DNA of 63,006 bases, filler included, from Octopus bimaculoides (taxonomy: Eukaryota): assembly GCF_001194135.2 (NCBI RefSeq). It is 12 parts of 11 records of this genome, joined end to end, with 100 filler letters (N's around TTAATTAATTAA, not from the genome) between each part and the next. Parts side by side here need not be neighbours in the genome. Positions count along the whole stretch, not along the records: positions 4,844 to 18,617 come from NC_068989.1; positions 18,718 to 28,978 come from NC_068990.1; 10 more parts are not named here. One strand, given 5' to 3'. The notes under the pieces were generated by a model, which had not been told where the DNA came from, searched no databases, and saw only the letters and a list, made by a program, of their open reading frames with translations. Positions 12,749-24,470 of this stretch are shown piece after piece; positions within the stretch are counted from its first letter, which is position 1, and every line of letters starts with the position of its first letter. Made by a program: the position numbers and the translations under genes.

Positions 12749-13579
12749 AATTTGTTGTAGGTTTAGTAATTGTAGTAATAGTAGAGTTAATAGAATGAAA
12801 AAGAATCTGTCAAATGTCCTACGAGATCGTAAGTTAAAAGCCCATTTTTTTTGATAGTCATGTGTACCACACGAACTATGTTTTTTTTTTCAGTAATGAA
12901 AAATGAACTTCACTGATAAAAGTAATTAAAATAAAACCCAAAAAAGAATAAAAAAGTCAATGTTTTCAGTTAATTAGGTTTCGTAATTTTAATATTCATT
13001 CTTTTTTTCATTATAACGGTAGACAATTAAAAAAAAAACCGTAAACAAATGCAAAAATCATTATGGCTTGTTGATTAAATTATCATACGTTTTGTACTAA
13101 AATTAATATCCATTGATTATATGATAACTTTTATGTTACAATAATTGGTGTTATTAATTAGATTATGAAGCGATCGGTGATAGAATCAAGTTTATTGATT
13201 AGATTAAAGATGTTCAGTACGTAACTTCGGAGTTAACGATCAGATTAGTTCTAATAGTTTAACATGTTTATCTTTTTCCTAAAAGAAACTAAATAAACAG
13301 CAGCAAAAGTGATTTATTAAGGAATTCAAATTGACATGATTGTTACAAATAGAAAATCGAACATTCACAAAGCTATCTATTACAAGATATAAACAGTCAG
13401 CTATCAGGCTCCATCTGCTTATCAATGTTGGAATGTAACACTAACTGCATTATCTCAAAATATACGTAAATATCTATTTAAATACGTAAATATATAACTA
13501 TCGCAATCATCTTCCCTATCGGCTGCATTATTGATGCTGTTATTCAAACAGAATCAATAGATCGTCGGTTAAAATGCTT

Positions 13580-13760
13580 TTAGGTATTTGTTCTGCATTC
13601 CGTTCTGTATTCAAGACATTATTTACATTTGACGGATATTTGTCCTCATCTTGTTTGTTGTTAACACAACGATTCGGCTGATATACCCTCCAGCCTTCAT
13701 CAGGTCTCTTGGGGAAATTTCGAAACTGGGTTCTCATTCCTAAAGTATTTTTCGATGTTG
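13580..13760 (-). mobile_element. Penelope-like terminal-repeat fragment carrying a minimal HHR
   Basis: Contains CCTGATGAAGGCTGGAGGGTATATCAGCCGAATCGTTGTGTT; abuts (ATT)n; PLE assignment inferred from the known PLE-HHR association. Confidence 0.55.
13663..13708 (-). ncRNA. Minimal type I HHR motif, A15.1 mutated
   Basis: GAGAC CUGAUGA A GGCUG GAGGGUAUAU CAGCC GAAU CG UU GUGUU: 5-bp stem II, stem I 4/5, GAAU instead of GAAA. Confidence 0.6.
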
Positions 13761-13763
13761 CTG

Positions 13764-13815
<52 letters not shown>

Positions 13816-13819
<4 letters not shown>

Positions 13820-13870
13820 AATCTTGGGGTAAGTAGCCCGCGCTCTTAACCACTTTGCCATACGCCCGTG
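13816..13870 (-). mobile_element. Truncated tRNA-like SINE head
   Basis: GGGCGTATGGCAAAGTGGTTAAGAGCGCGGGCTAC A-box region, cut off at (ATT)n. Confidence 0.55.
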
Positions 13871-14814
13871 GGAAATTATGGAGTGAATTTTACAGCTTAT
13901 AAATCTAATAATCTGCTGTCCTTCCTTAATACCGGTTCCCATATGCTATTCATATCTTCATACGACACGTACCGCAACCAGCTCTGCATCATCGCCATTA
14001 CGTCTTCATACAGCATCACAACAACCCATATACAAGTGACTACGAATTGGAACATTTGTCTGACTTCTCATTTTAGACTCTTTCACTTTCTTCGTCTTCA
14101 TTCTATTTAATACAAAATCGAAATGTAGGCTTAAGTTCGAGATGAAGAAGTTCTCCATTACTTATAGCATGATTTTGCATGTTTTCGTAACGAATACAAT
14201 ATCTTTCAATGTAATAACAGAATGCGGTGATAACAATTTTCATTAAATATTGCTATTTCTATTTTGTGTATACCAATTTCATTAAATGAAAATAGAATCT
14301 AGCAAAGCATTGTGACTGGGTGGACAAATAGTTGGAATGATACAAATTTCTCAGCACTTAGAAACCAACGGGCACCATCATTAGTCTGCCGTGTTTTATT
14401 ATTTCTCCTTGTTGCAGTATTCGTTTCCGCGTAAAGCATCATCCACTGCATTATTTCTGTCAGCGCTGTCATTTACTTCGAGCATATTTCATCACGTATC
14501 ACAAATGTCATTAGTATTCACACTAGAGTAAGGTGCCTTGCAATAGTTAATATTAATCCAATTTTGTCGAGAGATATCCGGTCCTTATATTTGCAAATTT
14601 GAGCTCGATGTTTGAGTAGAACTTTTATGATAGAATCTGGCTTTATCGCTGAATCACTTCAGTTTTTTGTATATTTAACTTCTTGATTAGCATAAATTTA
14701 TTTATCATTACCAGGAATGATAGATTACAGATTGGCCATCCAGTTCTTCTTTCTTCTTTATTTATTTTGCATGCAACAATATCCCTTATTAATTAGGTTA
14801 TGAATTCGACATTA

Positions 14815-14878
14815 AGGCGGTGAGATAGCAAAATCGTTAGAACGCCGGGCAAAATGCTTTGCGATATTTAAGTATTTC
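14815..14878 (+). mobile_element. SINE family C head fragment
   Basis: AAGGCGGTGAGATAGCAAAATCGTTAGAACGCCGGGCAAAATGCTT matches heads at 16366 and 46950. Confidence 0.7.
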
Positions 14879-16365
14879 CTCGACTATTTTTTACAATTTT
14901 CAGTCCTTCCTAGTGAGAATTTTGTACCCATAACGGTTTTGCATTGTAAATACTCCATTCACTAGCATATAGCATTAAGTTGCAAAAAACATGGTAGAAA
15001 CTTAACAATGAAATTTTCATTGATCAAGAAACCCTTTGTCAGTTTGTGTATTTTCGGTCGTCTATAGGTCCCTGCTTCACTTGTTTTATTATTGTACCGT
15101 CTTCGTTTTTATTACATTATATTTTAATTTTTTTTCTTTTATCATAAATTGGTTACTGAGACTTTCAGTTTCAATAATTTTGTATTTTCTCCGAACCAGA
15201 AGAACATCTCTTAATTTTTGTTCGATTTATATCTTAGACATACACATTATGATGATTGTTCACCCTCACATAGTAAGCATTCTGTGCCAAACCAAACATT
15301 AAGATATATAAAATGAGTAGTAAGAATAAATTGTCTGTTATTTAACGTATCATTTTCCAGGATCGGTTTAATTCGCCTTCATTCCGTATATATATAATAC
15401 TTGTTTTTGAATTTCGTCTACACATGAATATAACTTGTGTTCCGATACATCCGATATATCTTAATCGAAATATTTGTATCTATATTTTCTCCAGAATATT
15501 ACTTCTACTTTTACGTTTTCAATGTTGCCTTAACGGAATTTAGTATTTCTGTCTATTTTTCATAACCTTTTTCTGGCTGTAGTCTACATAAACATCATCA
15601 TGATTATCATAATCGTCGTCGTCATCATTATTTTTGTCGTCATTCCCGCCGCCGCTGTCTTTGTCATCATCATCGTCATCATCATCATCGATCTTTCATT
15701 TATTTACAACCTTCAGTTGCCCTAGTTCTTAAATTCTCTTCTCGTTATATTCACTGCTGAAGTACGTATAAATACATTTAGATTACATTCTGCGCAAACG
15801 CCATAATACAATTCTCTACTAAATGTAACCGTACCTTGTGCACTTATTCACCTTATACATTTTGATATTGTTTTCTTCGTCGGCATACAATTGCTGATTG
15901 ACAAAATGATCAATGATGGTGCATCTATTTTCTTTTACTATAGCTACTCTTCGGAGGATCATTACGTTTGCGACATACATTCACTTTTCATGTGACGCTT
16001 TCAGAAATCCTCTCCATCTAAAATCAATTATTTTTTTTATTACGGATAGTGTCTTCGTGACATTCATTAGATGATGGCTTTCACAGGAAGTCTATTATCA
16101 GTTGTAATTACCATTGTAATGCAGCCCATTCGTCATCCTTGTAACAATAAATGAAATAATTATTTTCAATATCATTATCAAGCTTTCAACATTCTAATCC
16201 AGTATTGTACTGTAAATATAAAAAAAAAAAAAATATATCCCTTTATGTGCAGCATGTGCATGGATGATGTTTCTTACGTCATTGCGATATTGGTGGAATA
16301 TTAATGATTTTTTAAATATTCCTTTGTTGTTTATTTTTTAATATTTTAGTACTTATAATGTTGCA

Positions 16366-16580
16366 AAGGCGGCGAGCTGAGAGAATCGTTAGCACGCAGA
16401 GCAAAATGCTTAGCGTATTTCCTCCGTCTCTATGTTCTGAATTCAAATCCCACCATAGTCGACTTTGCCTTTCATGTTTTCGGAGTCGATAAAACAAGTA
16501 CAGTTGAAGAATGGGGTCCCCGTAATTGACTATCCACCTACTTCAAACTTGCTGGCCTTTTGCCAAAAGTTGAAACCAAG
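16366..16580 (+). mobile_element. tRNA-derived SINE, family C
   Basis: Head GGCGGCGAGCTGAGAGAATCGTTAGCACG, B-box TTCAAATCC, central GTCGACTTTGCCTTTCAT..CGATAAA motif shared with other copies. Confidence 0.8.
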
Positions 16581-16899
16581 ATATTGAATGCATAATAAGA
16601 TGCATTATTGTGTAGTAATTGAATTCGGTGTGTTTTGCCACATGCATGTAATGTGCTATTTCTTTGAAAAGTTTAAAAAATGAACTATGCACTGTGATGA
16701 ACTTCGTTATATGATTAGGTGTAAATGATGGTACATGTGATTAAATTGTTCTCAGTAGCGTGTGGTTGCTATACTGTGCTTTCTGACGATTTTGTAGAAG
16801 CAGGTATTACATCATCATTCCCAGCGTGTTTGTGTAGTGGATAAGTTATATAGGTGTCTTATAGGTATCGGACAGTTTTTCTTTAGACTAAGTGTTGAA

Positions 16900-17450
16900 T
16901 TGTTTCATTGGATCAGGAAAGTTTAGCGTGTGTGTTGTGTGTGATGAACAAAAGTATATTACTCAAGCTACAGAATCGAATTCGAGGCTTTTTGTTCATG
17001 ATCTGTGATATACTTCCTACGATTCTTAGAATAACCTTACGAATTGCTTCGGATATTTTTCTTCTTCTCCATCATCATACACAGAATTACATTGCATTAA
17101 CTGCTGTTAAAGCTTTTCTTTCAGAGAAGCCGTATTACTTATTTCCATTTTCAGTCCATTCTGTTCGGATAATATTTTGGATCAAATCAATATCAAATTT
17201 CCCAGCAACTGTATCCACTCTTAGATAATTATATCAGAGCAGTTAAGCTTAATGTTGATGTCGAAAGGCATATCGTAAATAATTGTATCCAGATCATTTA
17301 CGTATAATGTGTGTGGAATATTCATAGAACGCATCTTAACAGTTTTGCTGTTAAATTATCAGCCTATCTGCAAATGGATATAACGTCCGTGTTGTTTGCA
17401 TATGTATATGAAATGTTTGCTAAAGTAGGCAAGCAATAATAGTGTGGATA
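16900..17450 (-). pseudogene. Possible very old LINE RT remnant
   Basis: Broken frames give TVAGKF..K*YGFSERKA (QYGFR-like) and FDSV-like words only. Confidence 0.3.
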
Positions 17451-18009
17451 TGTTTCAAAATGCTAATGTCATAGAATTCTTTTATAAATTTCTAAAAATT
17501 GATTTAGTCATTGTCATGTACTCTTTAAATTAAACTTTGTAATTTTACTTTCAGTTCATTAATATTCTTAGCTTCCTATCAACATAACGTAAATTAGATT
17601 CAGCATTGCAATGGGATTGAACGTGAAACGACGCAGATGCAAAGCGAATACTTTCACTACATAGTTCGACCTCTATCAGTTGTGATACTTTTCTGCAAAT
17701 AAAATATTTTTCTCCATGTATTTGTTTATAATTTCCTGCATGAATATTATTCGATTTATTCTATTTTTCTGTTATATTCACTGTCGGATGATTTCATGGA
17801 TGCTATAACTATCGAAAACTGAACGTATTTTAGATTGAATATAACCGAAAATTTTTTTATGATTCAAATTCTGGAATGTTCTTGTATGGTTTCTCTCTGT
17901 ATCACCCGATCGAAAATACATCCACGAATATTTCTGCATGGTTCCCTGAGGAAACGTTACTCACTCAGTTACATTTATTGAAAGAAGAAATTTTACTCCT
18001 TTGGGCTGT

Positions 18010-18065
<56 letters not shown>

Positions 18066-18245
18066 TAGGCACAAGGCCTGAAATTTGGTAGGAGAGGGGC
18101 AGTCGTTTAGATCAGCCCCAGTACGCAACTGGTACTTAATTTATCGACCCCGAAAGGATGAAAGACAAAGTCGACCTCAGCGGAATTTACACTCAAAACT
18201 TAAAGACAGATGAAATAACGGTTAGTTCTTTACCCGGCGTTGTAA
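18066..18245 (-). mobile_element. SINE family C copy with (TAG)n tail at 18011-18065
   Basis: TTATCGACCCCGAAAGGATGAAAGACAAAGTCGAC is the reverse complement of the family C central motif. Confidence 0.75.
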
Positions 18246-18262
18246 CGATTCTGCCTTGACAA

Positions 18263-18303
18263 CAATAGTAATAATAATAATAAAAATGATAATAATAATA
18301 ATG

Positions 18304-18398
<95 letters not shown>
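18263..18398. repeat. (TAA)n microsatellite
   Basis: Visible directly. Confidence 0.95.
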
Positions 18399-18617
18399 TG
18401 TTAAACAATTCAGTGATGACATCAGGATGCAATTTGGCCTTGATAAATGTGCAAAAGCTATCTTTATCAAAGGAAAAATGACAAATACATCTAATGTGAA
18501 CCTTGACCAGCAAAATGTCATAAAAGAGTTAGAACCAGCGGAGAGCTACAAATACCTAGGGGTAATTGAAGGGGACAATATCAAGCACTCAGTGATGAGG
18601 GAAAGGATCAGAAGAGA
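18399..18617 (+). mobile_element. R4/Dong-clade LINE RT fragment, 5'-truncated at a (TAA)n tract
   Basis: VKQFSDDIRMQFGLDKCAK...ESYKYLGV, typical late RT domains of R4/Dong; ends at a gap. Confidence 0.8.
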
Positions 18618-18894
18618 NNNNNNNNNNNNNNNNNNNNNNNNNNNNNNNNNNNNNNNNNNNNTTAATTAATTAANNNNNNNNNNNNNNNNNNNNNNNNNNN
18701 NNNNNNNNNNNNNNNNNATCCCACTTTCTTTTGCCATGAGTATTAATAAAAGTCAGGGCCAAACACTAAAAGTTGGTGGATTGTAGCTTGAAGAACAAAC
18801 AGAAGTTCGTATATGAAATCCATCTTTTTTCTTCTTCAATTATTACGTTTTCCTCTTATATAATACACACATACAGGACGAGTAAACCTAAATG

Positions 18895-19471
18895 TCACTG
18901 ACAGGACACAGCCTTTCTAATTTCACTTCACTATTACTCACTGTTGCCTTGCCTTCCATTCCTGTAATAAAGCGTCTGAATTTCAGCACTAACACTGACA
19001 AGACACAGCATTTGTAAATCATCTCACTATTACTTACTGATATTCCGAATCAAAAAAATGTCTACTAAAACAAAACCGTCAGAAAACGCACACCAAGCAA
19101 CGCACGACGTACAATGCTTTTTCTATATCTCCTATTATGCTATTGCCTAATTTTTCTCAACAAAAATTATGCAACGGTACAACACTAATTGTGCAGTGAC
19201 ACAGCATTTGTAATTTCATTTCACGATTACTCACTGATATACCTAATCAAAAAAATGTCTACTAAAAAAGACCGTCAGAAAACGAACACCAAACAAACGC
19301 ACAATGTGCAATGCTTTTTCCATATGAACAGTGATGTTCCACTTGACCTGCAGCCTTTTCAGTGCTATCGCAATCAACTGGGTTCCGTAAAGCTATTCTT
19401 CTAAATGAGATACTCTAGCCCGAGAAACAGTAAAAGTAATTACCCGATCAAGGACGGGTATTGCTGTTAGT
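18895..19471 (+). mobile_element. Helitron-like 3' portion with internal ~196-bp tandem repeats
   Basis: GACACAGCATTTG.. unit at ~18905, ~19002 and ~19198; hairpin TACCCG-ATCAAGGA-CGGGTA (19441-19460) followed by TTAGT (CTAG^T variant). Confidence 0.5.
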
Positions 19472-19479
19472 ATTTAATA

Positions 19480-19720
19480 TCTACTACATATGTAGAAATC
19501 TGTGGGTGTGTTTGTTTGTGGCGTTGTTATCTAACTCCTCCTACATCATTTTATAGATTTTGATGAAACTTGACACGTGAGTAGAACTCATGTTTGGAAA
19601 ACTAGCGACATACTTAGATTGTTGAAATAATCGATCATAGAGCCCCTGGAATGGATTCTTATATCTACTACATATAACTATTATATTATTTTTAAACATC
19701 CAAGGGAAATAACTCATTCG
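19480..19720 (+). mobile_element. Helitron-like non-autonomous element 5' end
   Basis: A^TCTACTA start, then GTGTGTTTGTTTG and AACTCCTCC..GATTTTGATGAAACTTGACAC, resembling invertebrate non-autonomous Helitron 5' regions; 3' end not located. Confidence 0.45.
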
Positions 19721-20179
19721 CTCCTGAAATAGATCCTTATATATAGCCAAGGGAAAAACCCATTCATTTTCCTAAATTATTTAGTAAAAATGAAGTTGAG
19801 TATGCTTATTTCTTAGTAGTTGAACTATTTGAGTTATTTTCGCAATTTATCCAGTACAACGCTTAAACAAGTAAATAGTATTTTCCTAAACAATAGATCC
19901 ACTTATTTCGGTTAGTGATTATTCACGAATATACCAACATTAGTGCCGGCTGAGGTTGATATTCTCTATGAACGTACAAAAACTTTTTTCAGAGTTACTT
20001 ACTTTGAATTGTTATTATCTCATATTTGATTGGCCTGTTATTTACGTAACATGCTTCACGATTTTAGTATACATGTAAATTCGTAATGCAAATATATAAA
20101 TATCTATATGTTGCTGCACGGATGTTCATCTTCTGAATATTTTGTTTCTCTCTATATATCTCCCGATATATATTTACAT

Positions 20180-20590
20180 ACTCTTTTACTCTTTTACTTG
20201 TTTCAGTCATTTGACTGTGGTCATGCTGGAGCACCACCTTTAGTCGAGCAAATCGACCCCAGAACTTATTCTTTGTAAGTCTAGTACTTATTCTATCGGT
20301 CTCTTTTGCCGAACCGCTAAGTGACGGGGACATAAACACACCAGCATCGGTTGTCAAGCAATGCTAGGGGGACAAACACAGACACATAAACACACACACA
20401 TATACATACATATATATATATATACATATATACGACGGGCTTCTTTCAGTTTCCGTCTACCAAATCCACTCACAAGGCTTTGGTCGGCCCGAGGCTATAG
20501 TAGAAGATACTTGCTCAAGGTGCCACGCAGTGGGACTGAACCCGGAACCATGTGGTTGGTAAGCAAGCTACTTACCACACAGCCACTCCT
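20180..20590 (-). mobile_element. tRNA-derived SINE, family A, full length with internal (TA)/(CA) microsatellite
   Basis: Head GGCTGTGTGGTAAGTAG..GGTTCAGTCCC, body GCATGACCACAGTCAAATGACTGAAAC, AAAAGAGT tail; more than 12 related copies in window. Confidence 0.9.
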
Positions 20591-21017
20591 GTATATGTAT
20601 GAATGTATATTTTATATCTCAAAGTCAAGCGTGCATTTTTTGCATCACTATACACACACACACGCACGCACACAAACACACACGCACATATATATATATA
20701 TTGACATACATACTCACTCACACACACACCCACACACTCACACACACACACAGACATACACTCACATATATATCCAAATTGAGGGAATGGAGCAGGTAAA
20801 ATTCAGCCTACATACGTTTCCTAGCTAGCAGATTCTCTGATGTAATAATTACTCAGCTAGTGCTCAGCTAGTGCTCAGCTAGTTACACTTCGAAGCCAAT
20901 AAATTATTATTATTATTCCTGAACGTCTTTTTTACCAACCACGAACTACTCGAAGCTTACAAACATCCTACACTTTGATCCTTGGATCTTATAACTACAT
21001 ATATATGTGTGTGTATA

Positions 21018-21235
21018 TTCTTTTATTTGTTTCAGTCATTTGACTGCGGTCGTGCTGGAGCACCGCCTTTAGTCGAACAAATTGACCCCAGGACTTATTC
21101 TTTGTAAGCCGAGTACTTATTTTATCGGTCTCTTTTTTCCGTACCGCTAAGTTACAAGGACGTTAAAAACACCAGCATCGGTTGTCAAGCGATGGTGGGG
21201 GAACAAACACAGACACACAAACTTGCGCGCGCGCG
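21018..21235 (-). mobile_element. SINE family A, 3' half
   Basis: High identity to 20180-20380. Confidence 0.85.
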
Positions 21236-22139
21236 CACACACATATATCAAAATAAGCAACAGGATATCAAAAAGTGATGCAGTACGACCGTTTCAAGCG
21301 ACTCCATTTAAATGAACAATACAATCATTACATCAATTTAAATGCAGTGTTATCATCAGCTGCACAAATAAATAGAATTTTAATCAGTTGGACACATTAA
21401 TATAATTTTTCTCAAATATTTTAAAAGACCAAGAAGACGGAAGAAATCCATTTTGTCATTATTGTAGCTAAGAATAGAGTACACTTCCATGATTGGCATG
21501 AAGCCCACTGGGGTCATAGCTTGTAAAGGATTGTGGTTCATTTCTAATTTATTTGTCTTTTTATCAACTATTAAATCTAATACTAGAGGACTGTGTTAGT
21601 GTAGAATGAAGGGCAATAATGAGTTGACAGCTCATGGCTAGGTATGGTCATCGATATTGTATTCCGTTTCTTCAGGGAGGGAAGACGACATTAGGAGTAG
21701 TAAATTGGATATAGAGTAACTGTCTATAAAAGGAGGCTGGGTAGAGGAAGACTCTAAATCATGATGTTAATTACCAGTTAAAGGGGCAAGACGCTAATAA
21801 AACCGAGTATGTTAATACAGAGGAATTTTATCTTGGGGTACTATGGGTGATTGTTTATAAACAATATTGTTATGTTGTATAAAAATAAAATTTAAGATTA
21901 TCAAAAATGATATCATAACCAAAATAGGTAAAATGTATGTATATATCAATTATCAACATTAAAAAGGAAAGATTACACAGAATCAGTTTAATATTCATTC
22001 ATGTACTTAATTAATTAGTTATTAGGTGGTTTCTATAAAGACTGCTCATGGCATTTACTTATGGAATACTGGAAAGATTAGCCTGCTATCTATATATTAT
22101 TTATAAGCCAAGAATCAGAAAAATAAAGATGTGTACTGA

Positions 22140-22465
22140 AACACACATATTTATATATGTGCACATATGCACACATATATAAATATTTATACGTTTATGT
22201 GGATATAGTATAACCATCTCGCATAGACTTAAGTAACAGAAAAGTATCTATTTATGAACAAGAAAAATAACAATTTATAAGGGATGCCTTTTATAGATAA
22301 GATAAGAGGTTATTAGGTTATGCACATATATGCATATATACACATATACAAATATTTATACGTTTATATGAATATAGCCTAACCATCTCGCATAGACCTA
22401 AGTAGCTGAAAAATCTGTATTTAAGGACTAACAACTTATAAGGGATAAGAGGTTAATAGGTAAGG
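22140..22465. repeat. Two-copy tandem duplication, period ~169 bp
   Basis: AAATATTTATACGTTTAT..AACCATCTCGCATAGAC at ~22180 and ~22349. Confidence 0.8.
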
Positions 22466-23007
22466 ATATCAAAATAAGAAAACAAAATAATAAGAATATA
22501 TAGAAAATAATAAGAAATACATATAACCTACATTTAAAGAGACAGGGTATTAAAATTTGAAGTAGGGAAGAAATAAAGATAACCCAGAAAGAGGAGATAG
22601 TAGATATGGGCGTAGTGAGGGCAGTAAGAGGTATTCAGACCGGAGAGATTTTATAAGTTGTAATGTTACAGGTGCTATTATATATATGATTTTGTAGTTC
22701 CTAAGGGGTATATAATTAGGAGACTTGCATAAAAGCCATTACAAATATACATAATATGATCAGTAGGGTAGAGCATCATAGAAAGGAAAAAATAGTTTAA
22801 TCATCAAAAATATGATGATGTCAGACTAACTAGGCAGGAGTTATCATGGGATAGTAATTACATATAGCACGTCACATAGCTTATAACATATGCAATGCAA
22901 TTTAATTCACCATATAACATAATATCCCATGATTTTATTATATTTAATATGATACGACACCAAAATTAATTTCCACCATCAAAGTTCAAGTATGGCACCT
23001 ATAATCG

Positions 23008-23310
23008 CTAATCCCGAAAATATTTAAATGTACGGGTGGCACTATGCACGCATGATACCCTTAGGTCTAATCTATTAATAATCAGGTTGTTCTTATCCCT
23101 ATACTTAAAAATCTCACAAGTTTCCATAGAGCACAGTTCACAACCGTATCGACTATCTCTATAAGGCTGCACTTTCCGTATTATATCCCATTTAAGGCTA
23201 AATTCGATCCCTCTTTCCTTCAGTTCCCAAATCTTGCTAGATAAGGACTTACAATTGGCTTTATGTTTGAGTCTAAAAGATGAAAAATGGTTATTGGTAC
23301 GTTCGTTTTT
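23008..23310 (-). pseudogene. Penelope-like element GIY-YIG endonuclease C-terminal region, 100 uninterrupted codons
   Basis: Hand translation: NNHFSSFRLKHKANCKSLSSKIWELKERGIEFSLKWDIIRKVQPY..CELCSMETCEI..SCVH..*; matches the PLE pattern NH.SF..LS..IW.LK..W.I..C.LC.E..C.H; absent from ORF track; cut upstream by (TA)n. Confidence 0.8.
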
Positions 23311-23327
23311 TTATATTTATCAAACAT

Positions 23328-23375
<48 letters not shown>

Positions 23376-23659
23376 TAACAGCCTCAGCTATGATTGTACA
23401 TTTATAAATCACACACACGTTAGGTCGGAATAATATACACACACAACAGTATTATGTAAATATCCACTTTGGTACAGAAGTGCCGACAGAATGATATTCC
23501 TGTAGTGCTTGCAGATAATTAGACCCAGCTGAGTATATAATCCACTCTTGAACTATTCAGACATGTACATTGTATTAAATATACAGCCCATAATATACTT
23601 CAGAATTTGCAAACGGTAAATTAATCTGTGTGTGTGTGTGTAGTTGAAATTTATAGGAA

Positions 23660-23820
23660 AACAAAAGACAAAGACAAGTGTATGAACAACAAGCAACTGT
23701 AATAGTTTGACGCTCGGGAAAAATGAAAAAAGTCTTTTACGTTTCGAGCCTATGCTCTTCCACAGAAAGGAATAAGAGAAAATAAACAGAGAGAGAATGA
23801 AAAAACTTGTAGATTTCAGT
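23660..23820 (-). mobile_element. Dispersed PLE-type terminal repeat with minimal HHR (copy 1)
   Basis: High identity to 58755-58920. Confidence 0.7.
23734..23769 (-). ncRNA. Minimal type I HHR motif, A6 mutated
   Basis: CUUU CUGUGGA A GAGC AUAG GCUC GAAA CG UA AAAG. Confidence 0.6.
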
Positions 23821-24019
23821 GCGTGCGTGTGTATATATATACACGCGCGCATGCGCGGACATTTACGGCATTAGATATCAATCACAGGCCTCTGACAGTC
23901 TGAAAATGTAAGGCCGTGGACACTGCTCTTTCCTCCAAATTCCTTCCTCATCAAATAGTTCTGATGCGCCACACAATATTTTACATTTCCTTACGTTTAT
24001 TATCCTACATTACTCAACC

Positions 24020-24470
24020 AACATTGCACTACATTAATCACCTTACATTGATCGCTCTACCTAAAACTACTTTAATCATACTACATTAATCATCCAGCAT
24101 TGATCATCGACATGAATCACCCTACATTAATCATTCTTCATTAATCATCCTACATATTAATCACGCTCATTACCCTTCAGTAGTCATCCTTCATTATCCT
24201 ATATTAATCACCCGGCTATACATTAATCACACTACATTAATCACACTACATTAATCATCCTACATTAATCATCCTACATTAGTTACCCTACATTAATCGC
24301 CCTACATTAATCATCGTACGTCATCCTACTTTAACCGCCTTTAAATACCCTATATTAATCACCCTACATTACGTTACATTAGCTACTCTTCAATGTCCTA
24401 CGTTAATCACTCTAATGCACTCTTCATTATTCACACTTCATTAATCATACTCATAACTCTCCGTTAATTT
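24020..24470. repeat. Degenerate minisatellite, unit ~13-14 bp (CTACATTAATCAC/T)
   Basis: Many approximate copies of CCTACATTAATCA visible. Confidence 0.85.

Noticed and set aside
11419-12760. Poly-YI, CV, HT, S, V, L, N and I ORFs here and throughout the window
   Set aside because: Translations of di-, tri- and tetranucleotide microsatellites.
17930-17965. CUGAGGAAACGUUA
   Set aside because: CUGAGGA overlaps GAAA with no stem II; cannot form a hammerhead.
18895-19330. CRISPR-like spaced repeats
   Set aside because: Units are long, diverged and tandem with no unique spacers; eukaryotic context and no cas genes.
21615-21685. CUGAAGA ... AGCUGUC on the - strand
   Set aside because: No GAAA and no stem I or II pairing.
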